A DNA stretch of 61,381 nucleotides, filler included, from Globobulimina sp. (lineage: Eukaryota), in NCBI GenBank assembly GCA_003354225.1. It is 11 parts of 11 records of this genome, joined end to end, with 100 filler letters (N's around TTAATTAATTAA, not from the genome) between each part and the next. Parts side by side here need not be neighbours in the genome. Positions count along the whole stretch, not along the records: positions 33,562 to 39,047 come from PIVH01000546.1; positions 39,148 to 44,632 come from PIVH01000547.1; positions 44,733 to 50,215 come from PIVH01000548.1; positions 50,316 to 55,798 come from PIVH01000549.1; 7 more parts are not named here. One strand, 5' to 3'. Made by a program: the position numbers and the translations under genes. This document shows, piece by piece, positions 35,469 through 50,411 of this stretch (the stretch's first letter is position 1; every line of letters starts with the position of its first letter). The notes under the pieces are model-generated. The model was not told the DNA's origin. It saw only the letters and a program-made list of their open reading frames with translations, and made no database searches.

Positions 35469-36460
35469 ATGGCACTCACCTCGTTGGAGACTTTTGCAAT
35501 TGTCTTCATCTGTTTTAGTGTTCTGATAACATGCATTATATTATTTATTTGTATAGTGTACGAGCGCAGAGAGTCATTATCAGAAACAGAAAAGCAAAAT
35601 ATGGAAGAAATTCAAATTAAGACAACACATTATTCAAAAGTAAACACATCAAACGAGGACGACAACATTGCAATTGAATTGACACAAAAAGTATATGATG
35701 ATGAAAAAACGCAAAGCCACGAAGATGAAGAAAAAATGGATGAACTCGTATTTTCTATGAATTCCAGCAGCTCAACAAAACAAACTTGGCAATGCACCAA
35801 ATGTTCAATGCATAACAAAATGACTGCTTTGCATTGCCAGACCTGTAATAATCCAAAAAACGATATTTTGGACGTTGAATTATTTGAAAAAGGTGATGAA
35901 AAAAGTGAAGAATTTGAATACCATTCCAATGAATCTGACCAATATCAAATTGAAATTAATCAAAACAATCAAGTTAATGCATTTTCATATTGCTTCTGAT
36001 CGTCATCTGTATATTACTATAATTTGAACATATGCAGAAAATGCTGGATGATGTTTTGCAAAAATGTGATGACCAATGGCCCCAATATTGCATGGTTAAG
36101 ACATTGATAGATACGATTAATCTGCTTATACAGCAGAGGAATAACGAAACAATAACAATAAATGGGTTGAATAAATTGTTGAACAAAGCAAACAAAGATA
36201 TTTTAGAGTTAAAAATGCAGAATCAAGACATGAAAACATTTATGGAATCAAATGGTTACAATGTATCACAAATTGATACAATTTGTAATGGTAATTATGT
36301 CAAACAAGGATTGTTTTGGCAATGCGAGAGCTGCACATTTGTGAATAGTATAAAGTTAGTAAAATGTTGCATGTGTTTAACTCAACAACCAAAGATACTG
36401 TTTCTTATTGAAAAAAATGGAAACGTAAATGGAAAAATGCGTTTGGAAGTAAAACGTTGA
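35469..36460 (+). CDS. Membrane-anchored protein with two RanBP2-type zinc fingers; intron 35973-36037
   Basis: N-terminal TM; WQCTKCSMHN....HCQTC and WQCESCTFVN....KCCMC; phase-0 GT-AG intron joins the ORFs. Confidence 0.8.
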
Positions 36461-36757
36461 ATGTATTTTTTAAATTAATGAGTTAAATTTTATTATTTGG
36501 ATTGTTAAACTTTACTCGAAAATACATTCCGGAGTTTAACTTTATCGCAAAAACGTTGTTGTTATATTGCAACATTATGATTCAGTTCAATTCACACAAA
36601 GCAAAATCGCAGCAAAAATGAAATTAAACATAAAATCAATTTTTTACAATTAATTTGGAACAAAACCATAATAAACAAGCCATAATAAACAAAACCCACA
36701 ATCGACATTCGACATATAACAAAACCCACAATGAAAGAAAGTGACACACTGCAAAGT

Positions 36758-39047
36758 TTATAATATAACACAACATTGTCTATCATCAACATTATTTTGT
36801 GGTGGATTATCCTCAATTTGTTTATTTATATCATCCTTAGTCTCTGTCCTATCATCATTCCCCTCTAGAACTATCACTGTATCATTATTATTATTACCAT
36901 TCTCTGCACCTATTTTCTCATCACTCGATGTCTCATCATTTGTTTGTATCGGCGTCTCATCATTTTCACTCACTTTATTCTCCTCATTATCCTCCTGTTG
37001 AGGCCTGGAAATCGCACGGATCCGTGCCCCAATCTCTTCTGCTTTGCCAGCAATGTAAAGCCCAGCTTTGCGACTGGCGTTTTCCGTTTTTTCCGCCAAT
37101 TTCTTCGTTTGTTTCTTCGTTTTGGAGTATCCCACATACAATTTGTCCTTCACATGGTGCTTCTCAATGAACTTGGCAAAGCCCTGCAATTTGGGCAAAT
37201 CGTATTTATCGCGTAACTTATACTCGATCCATAGATTAAATTTGCTCATTACAATGTGCTCTTTTTGCGCAGCTTCGAATAATTGCATGGCGTTTTCAGT
37301 CATAACCTCAGGTTTCATGGGATACTCTTCCACCAAATTAGACTTCACAGCGATGCACGTCAACAGAAAAAATTCGATCTCCGCATTGATTTTGAACATT
37401 TCATCTCTCTTTTTTTGCTGTTCCTTAATTACTTTGAGCTTATCCCCAGTCGAACCTTTCCGAAAAACGACCTTCTTCGCCTTCTCCACTGTGGGTTGCG
37501 GTGTATCTGTATCCTGAAAAAATAAATATTGTGTTCCCATAAACTTATTTGCACAAAGCTGTACACATAAAACCTGCCAAAGTGAATTAAAACGTACCGG
37601 AGTTTCCGTACTTTCCTTCTGTTCCTCATTCTTGTCAGGAAGGGCCGGTTCCATATCGATGATAATGTCATCGAATTCATTCTGTTGCCCTTCCTGCATA
37701 CTAAAGTCCTCAACGCTGAACAAATTGATCTGTGTCCGGACAGTTTTAAGTCCCAACTCCGCGTTGGATTGGTTTGTAAAAATACCGCCAAAGCCAGACT
37801 GCGAGTAATTGCTCATAGAGGGATCTCGCGAATGTGTGCCATCCGACGACGCAAAGTTGCTGATTCCATCGAATTGCATACTGACTTGGAAGCCGTGCGA
37901 CCGTAATTGCTTCAACTCATCGAACATGTGGTCGTCATCAATGATCTTCAAGTTCATCAATTTCTGATTCTCTTCCTCCAATTGATGGATATATGCTTTC
38001 TGCTCATCCACAGCCTCTAATAACTGCATCTTCTCATTGTGCTGTTTCTGTTGTTGGGCCAACGTGGCATCGATATTCTTGCCGACGATGTCACCAATCT
38101 CTTTTTCTTTTTTTCGTGCGTTTTGTTTCAAGGAGTAATATAATTCCTGCTGTTTATCCAAATTATTGGACAATTGCTGCCGTTCCAATTCTTTGTCCCT
38201 ATAAACATCATTACAATGTTTGTATTTATAAAAATGGGCAATATGTATACCTCAAGTTCCTCTTCAAATTACTGATAGTTTTCTCGTATTCGCGCTTCAT
38301 CATTTTCTCGTCGTCCATCATGACCGCCATCTCGTTTTTCTCTCTGCTGATCTGCGCCAACGACTCCATCATTAATCTCTGAGCGTCCTCAGAGGTGTCA
38401 TTGGTTAGTTTTAGGCGGCTTAACTTGCCATTTCTGCTCTGACTCAAGTCCATATCCGACGTATCGCTGTGTTTCCTGCTCTTTTCCAACTGCTCCATCA
38501 AAACCTTCTTCTCCATCTTCCATTTGGCTGCCGACGATTTCATGCGTTCAATGTCGTCAATCAACTCGTTATTGTCACTGTATTTGCTTTTGATCACTGT
38601 CAATTGGTCCAATAGCTTTGCTTTATCGTGTTGCAAATCGGAATATTTCTCTTTCAATGTCAAATTGTCTTTGCTTAATTGCTCGTTTTCGTTGGCTATG
38701 ATAGTGAATTCCTGCGCTGCTTTAAACGCTAATAATCGCATATCGACCATGTCGTCGTTGTCAGTCACATTGTTGCTGTTGTTCTGGTTCATATGTACCA
38801 AAGCTTCGTATTCTATGCATTTGTCGTCGTGGATGATGATGGAATCCGTAGAGGCATTGTCTTTTAGTTCTTCGTTGTAGATTTCTACGGATATTTTGTG
38901 CGCAGTTGGCGTCTCAAAGTCGTCTGTGATTATAAAATGGGTTATTTGTATGCGAATTTGCGTGTATATGTATATTGTGAGGATGTACATGTACGATACC
39001 GTCTGAATGGATGGAAGGAGAGTTGTTGCCGTTGATATGTGTGTCCT
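36758..39047 (-). CDS. Multi-exon coiled-coil protein with C-terminal CaaX box (CCVIL), 5'-partial
   Basis: Heptad-rich ORFs 38226..38990 and 36758..38188; in-frame retained intron near 37597-37514; ends QCCVIL. Confidence 0.7.
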
Positions 39048-39321
39048 NNNNNNNNNNNNNNNNNNNNNNNNNNNNNNNNNNNNNNNNNNNNTTAATTAAT
39101 TAANNNNNNNNNNNNNNNNNNNNNNNNNNNNNNNNNNNNNNNNNNNNTAAACAATTGCATAAAAAAAATATTGATCGAAGTAGAAACAAAAGAAAAGCAC
39201 AAACAAAAAAAGTAGTATATAAAACATCATAAATGTATATGTGACAACAAACAAACATACATAAATTCGATAAATAAAAAACGTTATACAATAATTATAT
39301 ATGTTATAGTTATATTAACAT

Positions 39322-41776
39322 TCACATTGCAGTTGATTCTCGACTGTCGAATGATTCCTCCATTTGAGTGTCCTTTGCTTGTATTATTTTAAATTGTACC
39401 TTTTTATCAACATTAACAACATCAGTTATTGCGGGTGTTATATCACCAACACTGGTGCTCTCCTCCTCATCCTCTGTTTTATTCTCATCATCCGACCAAT
39501 TTGGTGGCGGTGTCATGGCCGGATGCATCTGTATGGCACTGGGCATCAATACAGATAATATATCATTATTAGTAATAGGTGTTGCCGTTATATCCACCAA
39601 TGATTTATGTCCATCCTCATCATCACTCGATGGACTTGGACAGTCATGCAATGCTATCTGCACCGCCAAATGATCAGATTTCGATGTTAATGTTTGTATA
39701 GGTCTTGGCATAGATGTACGTTTATTTATTATTGTACTTCAAAAACAAACACACAAACAACAATATCACTGTATACACTATACATTACAAAGCACATAAT
39801 ACACATATACAAACAAACCTGTTTCTAATCACATTACTCTTTTTCTCTTCATTCGAATGAGAGCCTGAAACAGTTTCAGATTTAGTTACGAATTCATCAG
39901 TGGCCGGTATCGGTGAACCCGTTTCTGGCACTTCCAACACTTTGGATTGCTGATGTTTCAATATTGCATTATTTGATAACGATATGGGTGGTAATATAGT
40001 ATGTGGAATATGCCTCTCCTCCACTTTGTACTCACTGATATCCATCAATTTATGGCTGCGATTGCTACGCGACGGCAAGGAGCCTAACCGTGGTATTAAC
40101 TGTGGCGATCTGTCCATGCCAACCGATACCGACCGATCCCGTGACACTTCCCTCAACACCGACTTCACAGATTTGCTTATTCGCCGCGTGAATCGCCTCA
40201 CCGGCTTATTATAATCACGACAAAACTTTTGATATTCCGGTGTTAGACAAAACCGCCGAAACGAGTCTGATAATAACTTCCTGATTTCGTCCGCGGCAAA
40301 GTCAAACCGCGTACAATATGTAATCGGGTCAGGTTTCGTGATCATATCCAACTGATCGAAAGCATCGACAATGTTACAACGGGTCTGATACGAAATATTT
40401 ATTTCCCGCTCTGAATCACTGCGGATATACTTATCGCATATTAGCTTACTGCGCAAATAATGATCTTCTTGGCTTAAAATGTGTGATTTAGGGATGTCAT
40501 CCAATGGTAATTGCATATTCCAACCAAATATCTCATCCAATATGCCATCGCAGACAAAAGCGTTTTTATATTGCATGATATCGGAGAGAAAAAATAGATT
40601 TTCCGCACTTAATTCTTTCACTAAATGTTTGAGAAACGCTTCGATTCCAACAAAGGACTTTAATAAGGCATCCAGGGGCACTCTGTTGTTGTCTCTGTAG
40701 CTAAATCCATTGTTGTTTTTGCGCTGTGTCGAGTATGATCGCGATACAGGAGAACTGGCAGCGACTCCCACCATTCCAATGGATTTTGGCGTTTGTTTTG
40801 GTGATAATTGGGGTGAGAATCGTGGCGATAAGGAACTTACCCGTCGCACAAATAAATTCGATGTGTTTTTCTTCTGCTTGGACTGCACAGTGTCTTTGTT
40901 GTTGGCATTTAGATCCTGTTGGATTGAATGGTGCACTCTGTACGGATAGATGACCGATATTATGACTATAGAAACAGTGCCGATCATGGCGGTTAAGTGG
41001 TATATTAAGCGAGAGAATAGAACTTGATTCGGATTGTTTACATCATAAAAGATTAACAGACAAGAAAAGGTTAGGATTAATACTAAAATAATGGTTAATA
41101 AATACATATATTCGTCGCGAATACGAAATATATCCAAGCCAGGCATCCGTAGTATTAATTTCAATGTAAATATTTCGACCAGAACAAAGAATATCAGCTG
41201 GATTATAATCCAATGAGCTTCCATATGGAAATAGTATGCGAAGGACGTTAAAAATATGGACAATATGAGCCAGAGTAGGAAGATCAGCATCGATGTGAAT
41301 GTTCTGTTGCCGAATGTGTTTCTGTGCTTTAGATACCATTCAAGTGTTGATGCGTGCCTCGAGGTGAATTGTTTCCACTCATTGTTGAGGATCGCTTCGT
41401 GGTAATTGAAATCGTAATGAATTAAGTACGAACGTTGGGTGTAACATAATAATAATGCCAATGTGAGGGAGTGTTCAATCGAGGAGGAGATCCATGGCGA
41501 AATGTAGAAGGGTATTTTGTAGGGAAGGTTGGAGATGGAGCCATCAAATAAGCGGTAGGGCTCGACCAATGCAAATATGATGAAGGTCAGAAACACGATA
41601 TATTGTAATGTTATAGGCCGTCGTGATCGAAATACTTGGATGTTTCTATTTTTATAAAGAATGCGTACGCATACAATGAATATTGGTAACAATATTAAGT
41701 AATCGATACCAACTATTGATACAATTAATATACCAGTAATAGTATCCATCGGTACGTTAGATGGTGCTGTTGTCAT
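39322..41776 (-). CDS. 7TM-RGS protein (multi-TM N-terminus + RGS domain + disordered tail); probable intron near 39819-39730
   Basis: About 7 hydrophobic helices; FLKHLVKELSAENLFF, ICDKYIRSDSEREINIS, FDFAADEIRKLLSDSFRRF. Confidence 0.88.
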
Positions 41777-41930
41777 TTTGATGCGGCAGGATTGCCATTC
41801 AAGGTTAAAGAAAGATCAGTTAAAAACAGTAATATTTTAACGATTATCCAAAAATTATTTAACTATTATCCAGTAAAAACTTTTGTATCACAGTCATGTG
41901 GTAAATATGTTTCAATTCTAATCTGCAAAG

Positions 41931-44354
41931 ATGGAATTTAGTGAAATCATTGACACTGTTAATTTTTGTGACACAGAACAGCCAGGGAACATAACAGATT
42001 GTCATGGAGTTCAACGTCTCGCAGTAATATTAGATTGTTATAAAGAGTGGTCACAGACTGCAATTCATAATACACACACCGATGACGGAGGTCATGCTGC
42101 AGAGGAAGCCGACGGGTTTTATTGTTTCATGCACGATTCCTTAAATTACGCCAAAGACGAAAACTCAGTTTTTCTAAAACTAATCAACGATTATAATCAT
42201 TTATTATTCCATCATAATGACAGTGATTCCTTTGAAATCTTATATACTTTTTTCAATCAACACATATACGAAAACAAAGGCTGTGCCTCAGATATATGCC
42301 ATATGTTACAACGTAACAACAGAGACCGATCAGAAATCAGCAAACACGAAGATCGCCGCTCGCAATTATACCATGGCTTCGATAGTAGCACAGAAATAAC
42401 CGTCCAACAAACCGTTGACCGCATTCACAGTCAATACCTTCATTGTTATGCTATGGGATACAAATTAACGCGAAAAGAGCGACAATCTGTACAAGACACA
42501 AAAATCGATGATATTGACGAAGACATTGCCACTGAAACTGAAACTGAAACTGAGCAAAAAAACGACAACAAGGACGATGAAGATGCCTTATTATACACCG
42601 TCCGTTTACGCAAAGTGTGCTCCATTTTGTCAGAGAAGCGCAATCGCGACAGTCGAGGCAGACGGAATGAGCGCAACACCGCCAATAAATTCACGACCAT
42701 TATCGATGAGAAAAAGCAAGACGAGCAAGACGAAGAAATGGAAGAAAAAGAAGAAAAACCGCTGGCCAAACTGCGTGAGACTAAGACGCATAAAATCAAC
42801 CTCAAATTGCGCGTTGGTTTGGAGAGGGATGGCCCCGAAGGGAATGAGTACAGTTTTTCGTATCGATATTATTATTGGAAGGCATATATAAAAACGGACG
42901 AACAGGACGGAAATAGCAGCACCAGCAAGAAAAACATATTGCGCGGTTTCTCCGACTCGCGTGATTTGGTGATCGAGCCCGGTAATTATGGCTATAAAAC
43001 CTGGCATTGGTATATCCCGAAAAGATACATCGACTTAAAAAGCGAGATTACGCAAAATAAGATTTGTAGCATTGGCATGCAGCAATTTGAGGACTGCGTG
43101 GTGAAGGCACAGACCTTTATGCAATGCGATGAGATTGGTAAGAAATTGAAGAGTTATGGCGAATGGATCTATAAATATGACATCTGCGACGACGAAGCGA
43201 TCCAATTGGCGCATATTCTATCGTTATTATTATATTGTAACTATGACATATTACAAGCGCAGTTCTCGGCTACTTTCCGTCGGCTCCATGGCGAAAACGA
43301 CGAGCAATTAAAGAAACGGCATCGTGAGTTTGCGAATTGGGGCCGATATTTGCGTGAAGCGGTGGAGTTATATGGCGATAATATACGCGGACAGTACACA
43401 GACTCGGCGGGCGACATTCTCATCAATCAAAGCATAAAACGCTTGAAATTCTATCACGGCATCAATTGTGAGCTGTTATTCCCGCGGACCATTGCGAGGT
43501 TTAATGGGCCTACGTCCACCACGACGACGATATCGGTGGCCATGGCGTTTGCGGGTGGCAGCAATGGGCTGTGTCTGCAATTAATCCGTAAAGATCCGGA
43601 ATATAAACACTCCTCGTTTTTTAACTGCGTGCCATTGTCGGACTTTACCTATGAAGAGGAACGCTTTTTTATTGGCGGCTTGGAGCCGTTGCAGATTGCG
43701 ACCATTATTCATACGTCGACCAATACCAATTATCGATTATATATCCGGTCATTGAATAACGTGCAGAATTTTATCGAGGGCACTAACGATGGCTGGGCCA
43801 TTCACAGAGTGAGCAGCCGAATGAAGAGATATATTTCGGAGATGTTTAGGTATTGCCATTGCTATGACGAGCAAGTCAAAGAAATGGGTTTACCGCAGTA
43901 TATATTAAATTTATTTCGCGCGTATGCCAATAGTGTGACGCGCATTGATTTGAATTTGGAAGCTATAAATTCGGAGAAATCGGTGCAAGGCAAATATGGA
44001 TTTAAAAGGATTCGTAATTTAATTATGATTGATAATGATGAGCGGCAATGGGTGAAAATGGATACGGTGGGGAATATTTTTCGAAAATGCAAGGAGTTGC
44101 ATGTACGGAGTGGGTATTCTATAAATATGGTGAAATTGAATAAAGAATTGATGGCTGATTTGGTTGGTTTTATTCAATCGAATAATGTGATTGAGCGGTT
44201 TCAACAATTGAGTACAATCTGTATCTATCAACCACAACAACAAGAGATTAAGTTACAAAAAGCCGTCAAGAAATATAAAAAAGAATGTAAGAAACATGGA
44301 TGGATTTTAGATTGTAACGAAAAGAATAAAATCTTAAAATTAATTAGAAATTAA
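41931..44354 (+). CDS. Large protein with an ADP-ribosyltransferase-like catalytic region
   Basis: ILSLLLYC helix, FYHG, GPTSTT..VA..FA, LSDF.YEEERFF: the ARTC-type strand order with His in place of Arg. Confidence 0.6.
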   Translation: MEFSEIIDTVNFCDTEQPGNITDCHGVQRLAVILDCYKEWSQTAIHNTHTDDGGHAAEEADGFYCFMHDSLNYAKDENSVFLKLINDYNHLLFHHNDSDSFEILYTFFNQHIYENKGCASDICHMLQRNNRDRSEISKHEDRRSQLYHGFDSSTEITVQQTVDRIHSQYLHCYAMGYKLTRKERQSVQDTKIDDIDEDIATETETETEQKNDNKDDEDALLYTVRLRKVCSILSEKRNRDSRGRRNERNTANKFTTIIDEKKQDEQDEEMEEKEEKPLAKLRETKTHKINLKLRVGLERDGPEGNEYSFSYRYYYWKAYIKTDEQDGNSSTSKKNILRGFSDSRDLVIEPGNYGYKTWHWYIPKRYIDLKSEITQNKICSIGMQQFEDCVVKAQTFMQCDEIGKKLKSYGEWIYKYDICDDEAIQLAHILSLLLYCNYDILQAQFSATFRRLHGENDEQLKKRHREFANWGRYLREAVELYGDNIRGQYTDSAGDILINQSIKRLKFYHGINCELLFPRTIARFNGPTSTTTTISVAMAFAGGSNGLCLQLIRKDPEYKHSSFFNCVPLSDFTYEEERFFIGGLEPLQIATIIHTSTNTNYRLYIRSLNNVQNFIEGTNDGWAIHRVSSRMKRYISEMFRYCHCYDEQVKEMGLPQYILNLFRAYANSVTRIDLNLEAINSEKSVQGKYGFKRIRNLIMIDNDERQWVKMDTVGNIFRKCKELHVRSGYSINMVKLNKELMADLVGFIQSNNVIERFQQLSTICIYQPQQQEIKLQKAVKKYKKECKKHGWILDCNEKNKILKLIRN

Positions 44355-44732
44355 AAAATTAAAAATTGACATTAATTGCGACGATAAACATGTACAAATT
44401 TGTCAGAATATAAACTTTCTTGTTAACCTAAAAAGTCAGAGGGTTTTTTTTTTAAACACGGGCGCAAACATAACTGAAAAATAGAAATTTAATGCGGCCA
44501 CACTAAAATTTGATGCGGTGCGGTGCGGTGCGGTGTGGGTGTGTCTGGCTGGCTGGCTGTTGGTTGTGATGAGGCACGAGCACGAAGTGCGAGTCTCCTT
44601 CGGATCACAAAAACGAGTGAAAAGATGTTTAANNNNNNNNNNNNNNNNNNNNNNNNNNNNNNNNNNNNNNNNNNNNTTAATTAATTAANNNNNNNNNNNN
44701 NNNNNNNNNNNNNNNNNNNNNNNNNNNNNNNN

Positions 44733-47011
<2,279 letters not shown>

Positions 47012-47172
47012 TTTTGTGTTTGTTTGTGAGACAAAGGATTGGCCAAACAAGTCTGCAAAGTTTAGTGGTTAAGTTAAAATTTACAAAAACAAAAACAAAA
47101 AAAAACAGAAAAACGCAGTTTGGTTTTGATTTTGGTTAAAAGGTTTTTTTCATAAACCCTAACAGTTAGACC

Positions 47173-49950
47173 ATGGATGAGAATGATCCGTTTGCTGCGT
47201 TGGTTCAGGAAATGAACTTAAAGGATGAAGAAGAACCAAAGCAAACTGTAACAACTATGCCAATTGCAACTGCTCCAACCATACCAACTGTGTCAACTAT
47301 TCCAAATACAATAAATCATGTTATAGAAAAGCAGACAATTGTTATTAATAATGAGCCAGAAGAAGAAGAAGAAGAAGAAGAAGAAGAAGAGGAAGAGGAA
47401 GAAGAAGAGGAAGCGGCTGAAGCAGAAGCGGAAGGGAATGATTTTTTAGAATCAATAAATAATATAACATCAATATCTGAATTACAAAATAAATTTATTT
47501 TATTTTCTAAAAAGAAAGAGAATGAAATGTATGAATTAAAGAATAGGTTCACAGAGATATCTCGCCGTCAAAAAGACGTATTTATCGAAGTAGAGAATCG
47601 TCGAAAAACTGCACTATCAAAAGGCAAAAAATACAAACAAACTGCACAGAAATTGCATTATCAAATAAATAAATTAAACAATGATTTAAAATTTGCGAAA
47701 AAAAAGAATCAAGAATTAAATGAGGAAATTGGTACGATTCGAGAACATAAAAAACAAAGAGATGATGCTATTGAACAGTTGACGAAGAATATAAATTTAT
47801 TAAAATCAAATTTGAATCAAACTGAACAGTCAAAAGATTTAATTTTAGACGAATTCAAACAAACTCATAACATCATCGATAAATTAATACAAAATGAAAA
47901 AATACAAGAAAAATTAAAATGTTTTATACAAATCTCAGATAAAAAAAACAGTAATTTATCAACTGCAAAATTAGAGTTTTTGGATGATTCAATTGATACA
48001 AAAAGCATTTCCATCCAATGGAACCGGTCATATTTTAGTGATTTGATCGCGATCAAGAATGCCAACGGTTTGGTATATAATTTATCGGCGGATGACATTG
48101 GCAGTATAATTAAAGCCGAGGTTCGCTCCAAAGACAATCCCGATTGTTATCAAACGGCCACATTAAAAAATGGAGCGGTTTGTATGCATAACACATCAAA
48201 TAAAATTGTTCAGGACAATTTATTAAAAATTAATAAACAACAAATTGAGTTTGAAGTTGAGCCAGATTTAACCGATCAAAACACTTCAAAGCAATTATTG
48301 GCGAAGATGACCAACAAAAATAATAAAAATAACAATAAATTGCTTGTTTTACATTTTAACAAAGACAAAATCAAATTGCGTACAGTTAAAAACGCCACCA
48401 TCGATAAAGAACAATATAATGACAGTATGAAGATAACATTATCGAGCATCCATTCCAACAGATTTTCGTTTAAGTTTTCCGCTTCCAAAAAATATGTATT
48501 TTTAAGCAAAAACAGCGAGATTCGGGACAACATTGCCATATTATTACGATGTTACATTGAGAGACTAAAAAGTAATAACAATAACTTTTTGTGTGAATTT
48601 TATTTGCGACTAAGTAATGAAAAGAGAAACTATGAAATATTAAATAAATCCAAAGGCGACAATACATTGACGAGAGACGAGTTAGTCTCCAAAATATTGG
48701 CTCCAATCTCCAGTAATCCAAATTCCTTCACTTCATTGTCGTCGTTTAATGTTAATGTTAATGCGCCAATCTCCAATTCATTGAAAGTGTTATCTGCGCC
48801 GCCAATATCAAGCAATTCAAATACAAATAAACAAACTGAACCGGAATTTGATGTCGATGAAATATTCCCAGATTTTAATCAAGAAAAAGAAAAAGAAAAA
48901 GAAAACGAAGCAGAAGAAGACGAAGAGGAGAAAAAAAAAGATGATGATGAGATATTATTCGATGCGAATGAGCCTGATCTCGAAACTCAAAATCAACACA
49001 AAAAAGCATGGAAAAAATTGCAATTTTCAGAGAAGGCAACCATTGCAACCGAAAAAGAATTAAAACAAAACGCGCTTTTTATGCCCACTCCAATTTCAAG
49101 CAAATCCAGCAAATCACACAAAAAAGCGACAAAATCTAAAAAAAAAGGGAAAAAAAAGAATTGCATATCGTTGATGGCAGAAATGAGCGATCGATTGGAC
49201 TGTTTGTTAAATAGCGATGGTGCGGTGATAAAGTATCAGGTCGTTGGAAGTTTGACATTACGCAATATCTCAAAGAAAGAAATTATAATCAAACAAGAGA
49301 AATATTTTTATGCATCGATTAAGAATTTAAACCTCACAAAAACAAAAATATTTAATCCCAAAAACATTGAGCAATTAGACTCCAATGCAAATACTCAAAA
49401 TATTCGCGTAAAATTGACTGGCAATAATAAAGATATCGGGGTATTGAAATATGTGTGGAATACAAAAGAAATTAAGCAAAGTTTACCATTTTTTATTCAA
49501 TTAAAAGAAGAGAAGCAAGAAAATGAAGAAAAAGAAGAGGAAAAGAGTTATATTTATACGATTTCGTGTATACTGAAACCAAACGATTTAATTAATGGCG
49601 AAATAAAAGAATTTTCAATAACCGGATCATTAAAAAATGACGTGAATGAATGTGTATTTTGGAATTCCGAATTAAAAGAAGAGGGAATAGATTTTCTTTG
49701 GTCCCAGGATATTTCAAAAAAATTTATGTGGAATATAAAAAATAATAATATCGATAAAGAATATATTTTAATTTCAAAATTTAAATCAAATACAAATGAT
49801 AATAAAGTTCAACTAAAGATACAATTTGAAATTCAAAATGTTGGTATTTCAACAATAACAATTTCCAATCATAGCACCAACCAAAATAATGATGCAAACA
49901 TTGTAAAAACAATTAAAAATATTCGTTCTGGTGAATTTATTCTTCGCTAA
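47173..49950 (+). CDS. Coiled-coil + SCAB/AIR9-like Ig + PH-like + C-terminal mu-homology-like domain protein
   Basis: IQWNR...ANGLVYNLSADDIGSIIKAEV (Ig); KIKL...KEQYNDSM...RDNIAILLR (PH-like); DRLDCLLNSDGAVIKYQVVGSL...FMWNI...KIQFE...IRSGEF (MHD-like). Confidence 0.6.
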   Translation: MDENDPFAALVQEMNLKDEEEPKQTVTTMPIATAPTIPTVSTIPNTINHVIEKQTIVINNEPEEEEEEEEEEEEEEEEEEAAEAEAEGNDFLESINNITSISELQNKFILFSKKKENEMYELKNRFTEISRRQKDVFIEVENRRKTALSKGKKYKQTAQKLHYQINKLNNDLKFAKKKNQELNEEIGTIREHKKQRDDAIEQLTKNINLLKSNLNQTEQSKDLILDEFKQTHNIIDKLIQNEKIQEKLKCFIQISDKKNSNLSTAKLEFLDDSIDTKSISIQWNRSYFSDLIAIKNANGLVYNLSADDIGSIIKAEVRSKDNPDCYQTATLKNGAVCMHNTSNKIVQDNLLKINKQQIEFEVEPDLTDQNTSKQLLAKMTNKNNKNNNKLLVLHFNKDKIKLRTVKNATIDKEQYNDSMKITLSSIHSNRFSFKFSASKKYVFLSKNSEIRDNIAILLRCYIERLKSNNNNFLCEFYLRLSNEKRNYEILNKSKGDNTLTRDELVSKILAPISSNPNSFTSLSSFNVNVNAPISNSLKVLSAPPISSNSNTNKQTEPEFDVDEIFPDFNQEKEKEKENEAEEDEEEKKKDDDEILFDANEPDLETQNQHKKAWKKLQFSEKATIATEKELKQNALFMPTPISSKSSKSHKKATKSKKKGKKKNCISLMAEMSDRLDCLLNSDGAVIKYQVVGSLTLRNISKKEIIIKQEKYFYASIKNLNLTKTKIFNPKNIEQLDSNANTQNIRVKLTGNNKDIGVLKYVWNTKEIKQSLPFFIQLKEEKQENEEKEEEKSYIYTISCILKPNDLINGEIKEFSITGSLKNDVNECVFWNSELKEEGIDFLWSQDISKKFMWNIKNNNIDKEYILISKFKSNTNDNKVQLKIQFEIQNVGISTITISNHSTNQNNDANIVKTIKNIRSGEFILR
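47359..47412 (+). repeat. (GAA/GAG)n coding microsatellite (poly-Glu)
   Basis: Direct reading of the sequence. Confidence 0.9.
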
Positions 49951-50411
49951 ATATAATATGTTTCTTTTTTTTGTTGTTTTTCTTAGTTTTTTCAAGATAA
50001 ACCTTTTTGTTCTCCAAAGAAACGGTACGAATTTGGCAAATTCTGAAGCCTAAAACTTAGAAACAGTTTAAATAAATCGGAAACTTTCTTTTGATCCAAC
50101 ATTTATCCCCTTGCCCTTGGGGAAAAGCGAATTTTTTGAGCTTCCCATGGGTTTTGTTTACTTAATATGGAACTAGTTAGATTTATTTGGAAAAAGAAAA
50201 AAGAAAAAAGAATAGNNNNNNNNNNNNNNNNNNNNNNNNNNNNNNNNNNNNNNNNNNNNTTAATTAATTAANNNNNNNNNNNNNNNNNNNNNNNNNNNNN
50301 NNNNNNNNNNNNNNNTAAGAAAGTAAAAGATCGACAGAAGAAATCAGTATCAGTGAACATAAAACAAAAAAACGAGCCATGAGGTGTAACACAACTACAC
50401 AATTTAATTTA

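Noticed and set aside
44513-44560. (TGCGG)n and (TGGC)n short repeats as telomeric or regulatory elements
   Set aside because: Only 3-4 units of simple microsatellite, with no further support.
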